Below, one piece after another: positions 40,712 through 51,467 of a stretch of DNA of 64,000 nt. The position numbers and the translations under genes are program-made. Below the pieces are notes generated by a model. It was not told the origin of the DNA. It did not search any database and saw only the letters and a program-made list of their open reading frames with translations. Where the stretch lies: assembly GCA_964568585.1 (NCBI GenBank), contig CAZMQI010000003.1, positions 32,975-96,974 on the forward strand. The letters run 5' to 3'. The DNA comes from an uncultured Rhodospirillales bacterium. Its GTDB lineage: Bacteria; Pseudomonadota; Alphaproteobacteria; UBA9219; RGZA01. Each line of letters opens with the position of its first letter. Position 1 is the first letter of the stretch.

Positions 40712-43700
40712 TTGCACCGCATGCTGGGTTTTCTAGACGAATTTTTTGCCGGAATCTTGCTGCTGTTTAAGCAGCCGGTGGAATCGTTCATCAATCTTGA
40801 AACGGCCGATGATGATACGACGCTGGTATCCAATGATGGATCATTGCTGAGTTATTTGAAAATCAGTGGCGCGCGCCAGATGATTGGCGGCGAAGAATAT
40901 AACTGGATTATCGATCAGGCAACGTTGAAGCTTGGTGCGCGTTTCGATCGCCCCGGCCAAGCGATGCAATTCTATTTCTACCGCGATCCTGACCGTATTG
41001 GCCGCACGCTGCACAAGATGATGACGCCGAACCGTATGTCGGCAGCAGCGATAGGTATTGATCTGGATGATTTGCTCAAAGAACGTCAGCGCAATCTTTC
41101 AAATTATTTGGCGCTTGAAGAAATGTATCTGGTGCTGTGGACGCGTCCATCAGGCTTAACACCGAATGAATACAAACGCGCGCAAGAAACCCGCAAGGAT
41201 GTGAAATGGCATGCGGCAAAAAATGCACAAATGCCATTTGCCGCGCTTGAACCATTGCGGTTGAAGCACAAAGCGTTTGTATCGAACATCTCTGAATCAC
41301 TGTTCGAGCTTGGCATCGTTTCCAACGTAATGGAAGTACATGATGCATTGCGTGCGGTGCGTGCCAGCATCTATCCAAATCTGGATAACGATAAATGGAA
41401 AGCATGTTTGCCCGGCGACCCGATTGCGCCGCGCCGCCCACGTTATAAACGCGATTGGTCAGATTTGTTATGGCCGCCGATTTCACAACAGCTTTGCCCG
41501 ATGGATGCCGAAGTACTCGGCCCTAGCACGGTGCGTGTTGGTGATTTGGCATGGGCGGCAACCGACATGTCGCTTGGACCATCCGATGCGTCACCATTTC
41601 CGCAATTACTCAACCGCTTAATCGAAGCGAACATGCCATTCCGCATTTCGTTCATGATTGAAAGCGGCGGCGTGACGGGTGAAAATTTCCGTAAGCTTGC
41701 GGCGTCATTGCTCGCATTTTCCAACGGCATCAATCGCCAGATTAAAGATACGTTGAACGAGTTGATTGCGTTGTCGCAAAGTGATCCGGTTGTAAAACTC
41801 AGAATCTCCTATGCGACCTATGCGCCTGCGGGCGATAAAAAACTCATCGAAACGCGCCTTGCGAATTTAATGCAAGCCGCCGAATCATGGGGCTATTGTC
41901 AGGTTGCGAATATCTGCGGCGATCCGCTCGAAGCGGTGATGTCGTCCGTGCTTGGTATTTCGTGTTCCGCAACGGCGCCCCCCGGTGTTGCACCACTTCG
42001 TGAAGTTGTGAAGATGTTGCCATGGCAACGGTCATGTTCACCGTTCAATGATGGTGCGGTGATTTTGCGTTCCCCTGATGGTCGAATCTGGCCATACCAG
42101 ATGGGTACGGCGTTGACTACCACATGGTTCGATTTGATTTTCGCACAACCTGGTTCTGGTAAATCGGTTCTCATGAACGCGAAAAATCTTGGCTGCTGTT
42201 TATCAGCAGGTATGAGCAAATTGCCGTTCATCGCCATCCTTGATATTGGCCCATCATCATCAGGGCTAATCTCGCTACTTAAAGATGCATTGCCTGCTGA
42301 CCGCCGCCAAGAAGTTCTGCATTTCAAATTATTGATGACACCGGAATATGCGGTGAACCCGTTTGATACGCAGCTCGGTTGCCGTTACGCATTGCCCGAT
42401 GAACGCGCCTATCTTTGTGAACTTCTCACATTAATTTGCACACCGCCAGGTCAAGACACGCCCTATGACGGTATGACACAGCTAGTTGGGTTTTGCGTTG
42501 ATGAAATGTACCGTTGGCGCGATGATGCGGAAGCGAATGCCGAAGCACGCCCATATTTGGAACTCATCGAACCGCGCGTGGATGATGCCATCAAGAAAAT
42601 GAATTTGGTGCTGCCACCTGAACCCTATTGGTGGGAAGTGGTGGATGCGCTGTATGATGCCGGTGCAAAACATGAAGCAATGCTAGCGCAACGCCATGCT
42701 GTCCCGACCTTGGTGGATGCTGTTACTGCTGCGCGCCGCCCGCAAATTAGAGCATTCTTGGATGAAACCGCCATCGGCCCCAGCGCAGAAGGTGTTATCC
42801 ATGCGTTTGAACGTATGATTGCATCGGCTATTCGTGAGTTTCCAATTCTTGCTGGCGTAACGCGGTTCGATACCGGTACGGCGCGCGTGGCATCGGTAGA
42901 TTTACAGGAAGTATCCCCGCAAGGCGATGCATCCGCTGACCGTCAAACCGCTATTATGTACATGCTTGCACGCCATACACTTATTCGTGCGTGGTGGCTC
43001 AATCCCGATAGCCTTCGTAACGTAACCCCGCGTTATCGTCCGCATCATGACGAACGTTTGAAAGAAATTCGCGAAATTCCAAAACGTCTTTGCTATGACG
43101 AATTCCATCGTACCGCGAACAGTTTTGCTGTGCGCGCGCAGCTCATCCGCGACGTGCGCGAAGGCCGTAAATGGGGTGTACAAATCGTCCTTGCATCCCA
43201 ATTGCTTAATGACTTCACCGCAGACATGATTGATTTGGCGACGGGTATCTGGGTGTGCGGTTCAACCGCATCGGAACGCGCGATTAATGATTTGGGCGAA
43301 AAATTCTCCCTTTCCGAAACAGCACGCTGGGTTGTGCGTTATCGTTTGACGGGTCCAAAGCCGAGCGGTTCGCCCGTATTGCTAATTCTGTCAACGACCG
43401 AAGGTCGCTATGAGCAGCATCTTGTGAACACCCTTGGCCCGATTGAGTTATGGGCACTGTCCACATCTGCCGAAGACGTGGTTATCCGTAGCAAGCTGTA
43501 TGAAAAGGTAGGGGCAACCAAGGCGCGACGACTTTTAGCAACCCTATTCCCCGGCGGTACCGCCCGCCATGAAATCCGCCGCCGCGTGGTCATCCGTACC
43601 GAACGCGGTGAACTAACCACCAACGCCCAACAGGCCGTTATGCAGGAAATGGTGGATGAATTAGCAGCTTATGTGACCAGAGAGGTGCTGGACGGCGTGC

Positions 43701-43816
43701 TTGAAGTTGAAAAACGCGCAGCCGCCGAAAAGGCCAAGGAAGCCGAAGCAAATAAAGTTACTAAAAAACGTGATTTTTCGGGTTCAAGTTCGCGTGCATC
43801 CGGCACGCCCCGCTAA
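40712..43816 (+). CDS. DotO/IcmB (TraU)-like T4BSS ATPase
   Basis: 1034 aa (Legionella IcmB is about 1009 aa). Walker A motif AQPGSGKS. Confidence 0.8.
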   Translation: MHRMLGFLDEFFAGILLLFKQPVESFINLETADDDTTLVSNDGSLLSYLKISGARQMIGGEEYNWIIDQATLKLGARFDRPGQAMQFYFYRDPDRIGRTLHKMMTPNRMSAAAIGIDLDDLLKERQRNLSNYLALEEMYLVLWTRPSGLTPNEYKRAQETRKDVKWHAAKNAQMPFAALEPLRLKHKAFVSNISESLFELGIVSNVMEVHDALRAVRASIYPNLDNDKWKACLPGDPIAPRRPRYKRDWSDLLWPPISQQLCPMDAEVLGPSTVRVGDLAWAATDMSLGPSDASPFPQLLNRLIEANMPFRISFMIESGGVTGENFRKLAASLLAFSNGINRQIKDTLNELIALSQSDPVVKLRISYATYAPAGDKKLIETRLANLMQAAESWGYCQVANICGDPLEAVMSSVLGISCSATAPPGVAPLREVVKMLPWQRSCSPFNDGAVILRSPDGRIWPYQMGTALTTTWFDLIFAQPGSGKSVLMNAKNLGCCLSAGMSKLPFIAILDIGPSSSGLISLLKDALPADRRQEVLHFKLLMTPEYAVNPFDTQLGCRYALPDERAYLCELLTLICTPPGQDTPYDGMTQLVGFCVDEMYRWRDDAEANAEARPYLELIEPRVDDAIKKMNLVLPPEPYWWEVVDALYDAGAKHEAMLAQRHAVPTLVDAVTAARRPQIRAFLDETAIGPSAEGVIHAFERMIASAIREFPILAGVTRFDTGTARVASVDLQEVSPQGDASADRQTAIMYMLARHTLIRAWWLNPDSLRNVTPRYRPHHDERLKEIREIPKRLCYDEFHRTANSFAVRAQLIRDVREGRKWGVQIVLASQLLNDFTADMIDLATGIWVCGSTASERAINDLGEKFSLSETARWVVRYRLTGPKPSGSPVLLILSTTEGRYEQHLVNTLGPIELWALSTSAEDVVIRSKLYEKVGATKARRLLATLFPGGTARHEIRRRVVIRTERGELTTNAQQAVMQEMVDELAAYVTREVLDGVLEVEKRAAAEKAKEAEANKVTKKRDFSGSSSRASGTPR

Positions 43817-43864
43817 TATAATATGCTGATGTAATGATTCGAGTAGTTATAACGAGAAGTAGCA

Positions 43865-45085
43865 ATGGCTCAACAACCCAAAGCAGATGATGTAGAAATC
43901 ACAATGGTGCTGATTGTCGCCATGGGATTCCTATTCATGTGGGGATTATGGTCGTATGCCAAGCAGCCGATGGTCGAAGCCATCCGCTGGGTAAAGTGGA
44001 CAGAAGTTTCCGTGTTTCAATTGATTGATCCGAAATTGGCACGTGACCGCGAACTTCTGGAAACATTAAAGAACGATCAAGCGCTCATCAAACAGATGAG
44101 CGAAGAAATGGATTTACAAAAAAAGAAATACACCGTCGAAGGATGGATTGCTAACAAACTGCTGGCGCCGGAAGTATTGTGGGATATTTCGAACCGTGTG
44201 GGTGTTTATTCGCGCGTGCCGATTATCATGGGATTGATGGCGGGCGCAATTTTTTATATGTTCTTCTCGTTCCGCACAAAATACAAAACCGCCTATGATC
44301 TGGAAGGGCTTATCCGTATCCAGTCAAAACAATGGCCTGTTATATCGCCAATTGAAAACTTCAGCCCGACGGATGCGAATGCGCGCAAACCCGGCGAGCC
44401 GGTTCCTGCTGATTTACCGTTGTTTTCCGAAGCATTATCACCTGAAGAATGGGTCGCGCATCAGCGCATTCCCATCGTCAATAAAATCCCTGATAAGGAT
44501 GCATTGCGCCGCGCCTATCTGGCGCAGCTAGGCCCGCGCTGGACTGGCATGAGTTGTATGACACCTGCACAACGTTGTCTGATGGCATCTTTTGCATTAA
44601 AGGGCGCACAAAAACGCCGCGACAGCGATAACCTTTTGGGACGCGTGGCGACGCACTGGAACCATAAAACGGATTTCACGCCTTCCGTCGAATTGATGGC
44701 TGAGGTTGATAAGGTGCTTGCCGATCCAAAAGTTGGCGGCGAGGCGATGAAGGTGGCTAGCCGTTTTGCGTATCGCACCACGGCGTTGATTGGCGTGTTG
44801 AAATGGGCGCGTGAACGTGGCGGTGTGCTTGCACCGGCAACCTTTATCTGGCTGCGCGGTCATGACCGCGCATTATGGTATCCACTCAATAATTTTGGTC
44901 GCAGAGCGTATCATGCCGAAGCTGCTGGCGCGATGGCGCATTTCATGGCTGAAAAAATCGCCGGAAAACCATTACCCATTCCGCGCTTGGAAACAGCCAT
45001 TCTTACCATTACCCAATACTGGGGCATTAATAATCCTGTGGTTCCACCGCTTGAAGAAAACACCAAAAAAATCACTAAAACATAA
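43865..45085 (+). CDS. DotM/IcmP (TrbA)-like inner-membrane protein
   Basis: 406 aa with two N-terminal TM helices and a cytoplasmic domain. Sits upstream of the coupling protein. Confidence 0.4.
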   Translation: MAQQPKADDVEITMVLIVAMGFLFMWGLWSYAKQPMVEAIRWVKWTEVSVFQLIDPKLARDRELLETLKNDQALIKQMSEEMDLQKKKYTVEGWIANKLLAPEVLWDISNRVGVYSRVPIIMGLMAGAIFYMFFSFRTKYKTAYDLEGLIRIQSKQWPVISPIENFSPTDANARKPGEPVPADLPLFSEALSPEEWVAHQRIPIVNKIPDKDALRRAYLAQLGPRWTGMSCMTPAQRCLMASFALKGAQKRRDSDNLLGRVATHWNHKTDFTPSVELMAEVDKVLADPKVGGEAMKVASRFAYRTTALIGVLKWARERGGVLAPATFIWLRGHDRALWYPLNNFGRRAYHAEAAGAMAHFMAEKIAGKPLPIPRLETAILTITQYWGINNPVVPPLEENTKKITKT

Positions 45086-45097
45086 GGAAGTAAGTGT

Positions 45098-45598
45098 ATG
45101 ACCAAATTTCTACGTTCCAAACGCAACCGCGGCCATTTCGTAGTAGTTAGCGATGATGTACTCGTGGCTGATCTGCGTCAGGCAAAGACATCAGGTGTTG
45201 TCCGTTTGAAACTTGCCGATTTGACCTTCGCGCATTTCCATGTACGCAGCGATGATCAGGGATCAAAACTTGGTTTTACCACAGGCCGTGATGATTTTGT
45301 GGTACTTGGTGTATTCAATGATCGCGGCGATGCCGATAATCTGCTGAAAGAAATCCGCAATGAAATGCTGCAGATTGAAAAGTTGCACCGGGTCTTCAGC
45401 CTTCGCACCTTCCTGACCGCGATGTCAGTCATCATCACATTGGTATTCCTTATCTGGTTTTATGGAAAAGCCACGCAGCAAAATCTTCCGCAACTCAATG
45501 AACCACTCGCTCTTGAAGAACCGTTCCGTGAACCAGGTCCTGCAGCTGAACCCGGCAGGCCCATGGATGCGGATAGTAAGTTAACTGCCCCTGAATAA
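45098..45598 (+). CDS. Hypothetical protein with a C-terminal TM segment
   Basis: 166 aa ORF between the dotM-like and dotL-like genes. Confidence 0.35.
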   Translation: MTKFLRSKRNRGHFVVVSDDVLVADLRQAKTSGVVRLKLADLTFAHFHVRSDDQGSKLGFTTGRDDFVVLGVFNDRGDADNLLKEIRNEMLQIEKLHRVFSLRTFLTAMSVIITLVFLIWFYGKATQQNLPQLNEPLALEEPFREPGPAAEPGRPMDADSKLTAPE

Positions 45599-45627
45599 CA
45601 TTTTTGGAAAAGATTGACACATAAGCC

Positions 45628-48108
45628 ATGGCCGTCATCCCCGTAAAATACCGAGTTCATCGATCGCGGCGCTACCGCGATGCACGCCCCACGGGCGAGC
45701 GTATTGCCGAGTCCATGGGTTCGACAAATACCATCAGCTATGTGTATTTCTCGCTCGCGATGGCGATGATTATTCTGCCGATGGTGGGCTTGAACTTTGC
45801 ATTGGCAATTGCCGATGTACTGGCAGTGGTGGCGTGGCTTTATGCACGCTGGTTCAACGCGCAGAAGTTTAGTCTGCCGCTCAAGATGCCATCTTATTCC
45901 GAACGCAAGGATCCTAAAAATCCTATTCCAGGTACCGACGGTGTCGCAGGAAAATCGGAAGGTATTCTGTTTCTTGGCAACGAACGCGATCCGAAGACGG
46001 GTAAGGAATTATGGCTGACGAACAGCGATGCGCGCACCCATACATTATTCCTTGGTACAACGGGTACCGGTAAAACCGAAGGTTTGAAATCGCTGGTTAG
46101 CAATGCGCTGAGTTGGGGTTCGGGCTTCGTATATGTGGATGGTAAAGCCGATACCGATTTGTGGGCAGGTCTGTACGGTTTGGCGCGCCGCTTTGGCCGC
46201 GAAGATGATTTGCTTGTTCTGAATTATATTACTGGTAACTCCGATGATGCGTCGGTTTCCAATACGATGAATCCGTTCGCCAATGGCTCATCCTCCTTCC
46301 TTTCCAATATGATCACCAGTTTGATGCCGGATGCTGGCGGCGATAACGCGATGTGGAAAGAGCGTGCGGTGGCGCTCATGTTCGCGTTGATGCCTGCGCT
46401 AACCTTCAAGCGCGATAAGCAAGGCCTGCTGATGGATATCGGCACGGTGCGTGAATTCATCGAGTTGAAGCCGATTGTGCGCCTATCACGCGATACGACG
46501 ATGCCGGAACGCATCATCCGTGGTTTGCAGGGCTATCTATCAACCTTGCCAGGTTACGTGGATGAAGCATTTGATGATGATGGTAATGAAAAACCACCAA
46601 GCCCCGATGCGCCGATGTACGATTTGCAGATTGCGCGTCAGCAGCACGGCTATCTCTCAATGCAGTTTACCCGCGCGTTCCAATCGCTCGCTGATGAATA
46701 TGGTTTTATCTTTAGAGCGCAGCTTGCCGATATTGATACCATCGACGTGGTGTTGAACCGCCGCATGCTGATCGGTCTTATCCCGTCACTTGAAAAGTCA
46801 GGCGATGAAGCGGCGAACTTGGGTAAAATCATCGCCGCATCCTTGAAGGGCATGATGGGTTCTACCCTTGGCGCGTCCGTGGAAGGTTCGTGGGAAGATA
46901 CGATTGAAAGCAAGCAGACACGCTCGCCATCACCTTACATGACCGTATTCGACGAAGTCGGTTACTATACCGCGCAAGGTATGGCGGTGATGGCCGCGCA
47001 GGCTCGTTCGCTCGGCTTCGCTCTTGTGTTTGCCGCGCAGGATATTCCCGCGATGGAAAAGCGCGTGAAGCAGGAAGCTCACTCCATCTTGGGTAACTGC
47101 AACTTGAAAATTTTCGGTAAACTCGAAGATCCTTTGGAAACCAAAAAGTTCTTCGATGACCATGTGGGAACCGTGTGGCTTTATGAAAGTACCGGTTTTA
47201 ATGCGCCGACCAATTTGATGTCGTCATTCTTCGTCAACAACCCCTACATTGATAACCGTCAAACGGGTACCTTGCAGGAACGTAAACGTACCAACTATGA
47301 CTGGCTACGCGAAATGCGCGAAGGTCAGGTCATCATGATGTTCCACGATTTCATCGTCTCAGCTCAGTTATTCCATGCCGAACCTAAAAAAGTCAGGGCG
47401 ATGCGGGTGCAACGTTTGCTTCCTGTCCCCGGCTTTACTACCAGCACGCAGGCCAAGGAACGTATGGTGGCTGATTTATCGCGCAAACTGGATGATCCGG
47501 AATGGATTGCGGCAAAGGCGATGTCACCAGCACAAGTGCAACCGGAGATTAAAGCACTTAGCGTTGGTTATGAAACGGCGCAAGCAGCAGGCCTTGATCC
47601 GATTAAATCGGCAATGGCGGCTCTTGCCGGACTATCCGAACTTGCTGAAAAAGCCAAAGAAGAAGAAAAGGCCAGCGGTGGGTCGGGTCGCGGCAAAATC
47701 AATATGGACGAGCTGGATAATGTAGAGGAAGTGCAGCAGCAAGAACAAGCCGCGCAACCACAACAGCAACGCATGCAAATAGCGCCATCTTACCAAGACC
47801 CAGATACAGTCCAGGCCCAATACAATACTGATAATGGCAGCGGTAACGGCCAGCAGACCAATACGCGCGCAGGCTTTGGAGATGATTTTGATTATCGTCC
47901 GCGTGCTACCAGCAAGCTCAAGAAGATGGGCGTTGGTCTTGAAGACATCGCAGCCATCAAAGCTAAAGATCTCGTTGGTAAAAACGCAGAAAGCGTTGCG
48001 CTCAAAGACGTGTCGCCTGAAATCGCTGCGCTTCTGCAAAAAGGCGCGCAGAATATTTCACAAACGCTGTTCCACGATGTCCGTGGCACCGGCGGCGATG
48101 CCGAGTGA
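45628..48108 (+). CDS. Type IV coupling protein, DotL/IcmO (TrbC/VirD4 family)
   Basis: 826 aa. N-terminal TM helices and Walker A FLGTTGTGKT. An alternative start lies at 45715. Confidence 0.8.
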   Translation: MAVIPVKYRVHRSRRYRDARPTGERIAESMGSTNTISYVYFSLAMAMIILPMVGLNFALAIADVLAVVAWLYARWFNAQKFSLPLKMPSYSERKDPKNPIPGTDGVAGKSEGILFLGNERDPKTGKELWLTNSDARTHTLFLGTTGTGKTEGLKSLVSNALSWGSGFVYVDGKADTDLWAGLYGLARRFGREDDLLVLNYITGNSDDASVSNTMNPFANGSSSFLSNMITSLMPDAGGDNAMWKERAVALMFALMPALTFKRDKQGLLMDIGTVREFIELKPIVRLSRDTTMPERIIRGLQGYLSTLPGYVDEAFDDDGNEKPPSPDAPMYDLQIARQQHGYLSMQFTRAFQSLADEYGFIFRAQLADIDTIDVVLNRRMLIGLIPSLEKSGDEAANLGKIIAASLKGMMGSTLGASVEGSWEDTIESKQTRSPSPYMTVFDEVGYYTAQGMAVMAAQARSLGFALVFAAQDIPAMEKRVKQEAHSILGNCNLKIFGKLEDPLETKKFFDDHVGTVWLYESTGFNAPTNLMSSFFVNNPYIDNRQTGTLQERKRTNYDWLREMREGQVIMMFHDFIVSAQLFHAEPKKVRAMRVQRLLPVPGFTTSTQAKERMVADLSRKLDDPEWIAAKAMSPAQVQPEIKALSVGYETAQAAGLDPIKSAMAALAGLSELAEKAKEEEKASGGSGRGKINMDELDNVEEVQQQEQAAQPQQQRMQIAPSYQDPDTVQAQYNTDNGSGNGQQTNTRAGFGDDFDYRPRATSKLKKMGVGLEDIAAIKAKDLVGKNAESVALKDVSPEIAALLQKGAQNISQTLFHDVRGTGGDAE

Positions 48109-48128
48109 GTTGTTAGCGGAGGATACCA

Positions 48129-48317
48129 GTGATTGATCTAAAAAGTTGGCTGCCTTCTTCACTGGTTGATAGTTTAAAAGGCTTTGCCGTCACTCCTGGA
48201 GGTGACGATAAGAATGTGGACCCAGGCAAGGGTGGATGCTGCTTGGTGATCTTCGGATTTATTGTCCTTATGGTGTCGGGTGGATTGCCATTGTTGCTTG
48301 GCATGATTAAAAAATAA
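48129..48317 (+). CDS. Small hydrophobic protein (62 aa)
   Basis: A single TM segment (CCLVIFGFIVLMVSGGLPLLLGMI) right after dotL. Could be spurious. Confidence 0.3.
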   Translation: MIDLKSWLPSSLVDSLKGFAVTPGGDDKNVDPGKGGCCLVIFGFIVLMVSGGLPLLLGMIKK

Positions 48318-48514
48318 AATTGTGATTGTACAATTCTGCCTTCGCGCCCTACCAAGTTAACCTTTCCTTATCAGAAAATTAAACTTTACTTCATATAATC
48401 TTAAAGGTGTTTTTACTATAATGATGCTTGTAATAGCTTGAATGGTATTAGGTTTTTGAGCGCTATGTTTGAACGCTCTTAACCACAAAAATTTTACCAA
48501 GAGGATTTAAAAGC

Positions 48515-49060
48515 GTGACAAACCAAACAGCTTTTTTTGAACGCAAAACAATCCATAAGCTTTTCTCAGCTGTGTTCGTTCTGTTGGTTTCACTGTTGTT
48601 CATATCAGCTGCACATGCTGATCTTTACTGCGATCCACAAATTAAAGCCAAAGCGCAACAAGACCGCCAAAATGCTATCATGAAAGATATCGCGCGGTTT
48701 GAAGGATCGTATGGTCAACCCAACAGTTTCGATGGTTTATTCTGCGGCGCTCAAATCACGTCTGGCTTTGACAAAATAGGCCAGAATTTGGTGGGCAATC
48801 TCACTAATCAGGTTAACAATCTTATCACCCAGTTATTTCAGCAAGCATGTAAGGCTGCAATCGCGCCCATTCAAAACCTCGCTGCACAAACCTGCGTTCC
48901 TAATTTTGCAAATGTGTATTTTGATACAAGCTTCCTGAACTTTAATTTGAATAAAAATAACTACTGTCCTGGCACGCAGCTTATTCAGGTAACGCCAGTG
49001 ATGGGTGGTTCTACCGGACAGGGTGGCGGTAATTACAGCGTTCCAGATTTATATTGGTGA
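48515..49060 (+). CDS. Hypothetical secreted protein
   Basis: GTG start preceded by AGAGGA, then the signal peptide LFSAVFVLLVSLLFISAAHA. 181 aa. Overlaps the next gene by 7 nt. Confidence 0.45.
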   Translation: MTNQTAFFERKTIHKLFSAVFVLLVSLLFISAAHADLYCDPQIKAKAQQDRQNAIMKDIARFEGSYGQPNSFDGLFCGAQITSGFDKIGQNLVGNLTNQVNNLITQLFQQACKAAIAPIQNLAAQTCVPNFANVYFDTSFLNFNLNKNNYCPGTQLIQVTPVMGGSTGQGGGNYSVPDLYW

Positions 49061-50613
49061 TGAATATGAAACCCTTATCACGTATAAAAACGAACTTAAA
49101 ACCATCTACATGCATCATGGCGCTCGTACTGCTGTTGGCACCCACGCCATCGCATGCCGACATTCCTTCAAGTTTAATTACGGCCATTTTCGGTTCAGGA
49201 TTTATGAATGGCGGCCAGCTTCCCAGCAATGCAGGAACAACCGTTAAAGACCAAGTCATTCCATTGCTTCAACAGCTTGCAATTCTAAATAATGATGCTG
49301 CCGGGGTAAACAATCAAGGTCAGCGTTTGATGACCGAGACGGATATTAAACGTTCAACCTACGAACAACAAGTCGCGTGGGAACGTGAACGCAAACTGCG
49401 TGATGATGAAATCGCCCGCAGCTATCCTGAAATGTCGAACCTTTCCTGTGCTCTTGCGACTGCAAATAAAAGTGTGCCGGCGATTGAAGTAGGGGTCGAT
49501 AACGTTGTAGGCCAAGTGGTCGCCCTGTTATCAAGCTCCATGTACCGCAGTTTGGTATTGGATAGTGAAATTTCAGCCACCAAGAAAGCAAAGATTTGGT
49601 GCGCGCTGGGGGCAACCGGTAAAATCGGTGCATGTAAGACTGAAGCCGATGCTTTGGTAGAGGGATCGGATAGAGGTCGCCACGCTGCTATTACACGCAA
49701 GGTTTCCATTCCATGCGATATGCGAAGTGTTGTACAAGATTTCTCGAAAATGAATAACGATAACTGGGCACCAAGCTCACGCAGCAATAAAGAATGTATT
49801 GCTGCAATTCTTGCAATCGCTAACGAATTCCCTATATCCACATCACTGCAAACCGAAGAAGAAGTGAATAGCTTTTCGGGCAGAAAAAAATGGGATTTAA
49901 AAGTCAACCAGATTGCACAAGCCGCAGCGACCAAAGGTGGCGTATTCCAGCAATTCGCGGATCGCGTATCGGTAGCAAAAACTTCGCAACCTAACTGTGA
50001 TGACGGATTGAAAGGTGGCAGCGAAGATGTTTATTCACTGCTGGAAAGAGTATATCAAAATTTCAGCCGCAGCACCGAAGTAGCACCATTCGGATTGCCA
50101 CCGAACGAATTCTGCCTTAGCAAACGGTTAATACGGCAAGGCAAGCGTTTGTTGATGAACCGTTATGCTCAGAACGAACGCGGTAAAGATAATATGGCCG
50201 CAAAGCTTGATGCGTTGGTTGATATCAGTATCGAAAATTATGGAACATCCAACCAGCTTGCCATTTTCACCAGCGATGCCCCAGTTGCAAATACCTATGG
50301 GCCAATGGATGGCACGCTTGCCGATCGCGGCGTGAAGGGTGCAGAGAATGACCATAACGAGGAGCTGCTCGGTGCCATCCGCCAATTGACCAGCGCTATT
50401 CAAACCATGAACACCGGTGTCTATGCAGGCAAACCGCAGGAAGTGCGTTTAAAGAAGCGTGCCCCTTCCACGAAGCCAGCAGTTGCTGGACAAGCAGCCG
50501 AAATTACCGACGCCCTAAAAGAAATGGGGCTCAAGGTGAGTTCACCTATGGCGCCATCGAATGGAATTTTGGGTCCCTTGACCCAAGAGTTCCCTGTGCT
50601 TCCGCCGCGATAA
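49054..50613 (+). CDS. Hypothetical secreted protein (519 aa)
   Basis: Signal peptide CIMALVLLLAPTPSHA, followed by a long hydrophilic protein. Could be IcmX/TraW-like. Confidence 0.45.
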   Translation: MVMNMKPLSRIKTNLKPSTCIMALVLLLAPTPSHADIPSSLITAIFGSGFMNGGQLPSNAGTTVKDQVIPLLQQLAILNNDAAGVNNQGQRLMTETDIKRSTYEQQVAWERERKLRDDEIARSYPEMSNLSCALATANKSVPAIEVGVDNVVGQVVALLSSSMYRSLVLDSEISATKKAKIWCALGATGKIGACKTEADALVEGSDRGRHAAITRKVSIPCDMRSVVQDFSKMNNDNWAPSSRSNKECIAAILAIANEFPISTSLQTEEEVNSFSGRKKWDLKVNQIAQAAATKGGVFQQFADRVSVAKTSQPNCDDGLKGGSEDVYSLLERVYQNFSRSTEVAPFGLPPNEFCLSKRLIRQGKRLLMNRYAQNERGKDNMAAKLDALVDISIENYGTSNQLAIFTSDAPVANTYGPMDGTLADRGVKGAENDHNEELLGAIRQLTSAIQTMNTGVYAGKPQEVRLKKRAPSTKPAVAGQAAEITDALKEMGLKVSSPMAPSNGILGPLTQEFPVLPPR

Positions 50614-50849
50614 TCCATCACAATATCTGCACATCATTTTGCTTTTCCGGTTACCTTGGTTAAGCAAAAATTACTTTTGCGCGCGCCAATCTGTGCCACA
50701 AACTCATCATATCGATATTGAAATACTCACAGCTATTTCAGGTGTTCCAGCTCGAATCAACGCATGGCGTGATGAAAGTAAATTAAGCCTCTGTTAAGAA
50801 TCTAGGAGCAAATTAGGCTAAATTTATTAAGAATTTTAGGGAGTTTCCT

Positions 50850-51191
50850 ATGCGTATCGATTTTCGCAAGCTTTTAGCAGTTGGAGTATTGGCAGCAATA
50901 TGTGCCATGCCAAGTCATTCCCAAGCTGACACCTATGACCAAGAAGACTTTCAGGGCGCCACCCAAGCCTTTGAGCAAAAAATGAAAGAGCAGGCAGACG
51001 AAAAGATGAAGGACGCCTTCAAGCAAATCAAATGTTACGAAAAACGAATGAATGCCGACGCAGCCAGAAAAAAACAAAAGGAAGCCGGTCAAAAAGGTAC
51101 GCCATTTACACAAGATACATGGCCTGATTTTGAAAGCGCAAAAGGCATGACCGACAAATTGGGCAGCGATTTGTTCGATAAATGCGAATAA
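50850..51191 (+). CDS. Hypothetical small secreted protein
   Basis: Signal peptide LLAVGVLAAICAMPSHSQA, then charged, Lys-rich sequence. Confidence 0.45.
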   Translation: MRIDFRKLLAVGVLAAICAMPSHSQADTYDQEDFQGATQAFEQKMKEQADEKMKDAFKQIKCYEKRMNADAARKKQKEAGQKGTPFTQDTWPDFESAKGMTDKLGSDLFDKCE

Positions 51192-51197
51192 TTTGAT

Positions 51198-51467
51198 TTG
51201 AATGGTGTTGGGAGTACAAGCATGAAAAAAATAAATTATCTACTATTGGCGGCGGGATTTACATTCTTATTCGCGCTGGAAAGACCAATCATCCTTCACG
51301 CTGCACTTCCCCCAATGGAGGCGGAACAAGAAGAAGAAAAAGAGAAAAAGCTTGTCGAACAGAAAAAAGCTGGAAAGACCGATAAACAAAAAGGTCAAGG
51401 CAAGCAAAATAAATCATCAAAAGACCCTGAGAAGTGTAATTCTTCTTGGGATAATCTAAAATGTTAG
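51198..51467 (+). CDS. Hypothetical small secreted Lys/Glu-rich protein
   Basis: Signal peptide, then a charged low-complexity tail (EQEEEKEKKLVEQKKAGKTDKQKGQGKQNK). Confidence 0.35.
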   Translation: MNGVGSTSMKKINYLLLAAGFTFLFALERPIILHAALPPMEAEQEEEKEKKLVEQKKAGKTDKQKGQGKQNKSSKDPEKCNSSWDNLKC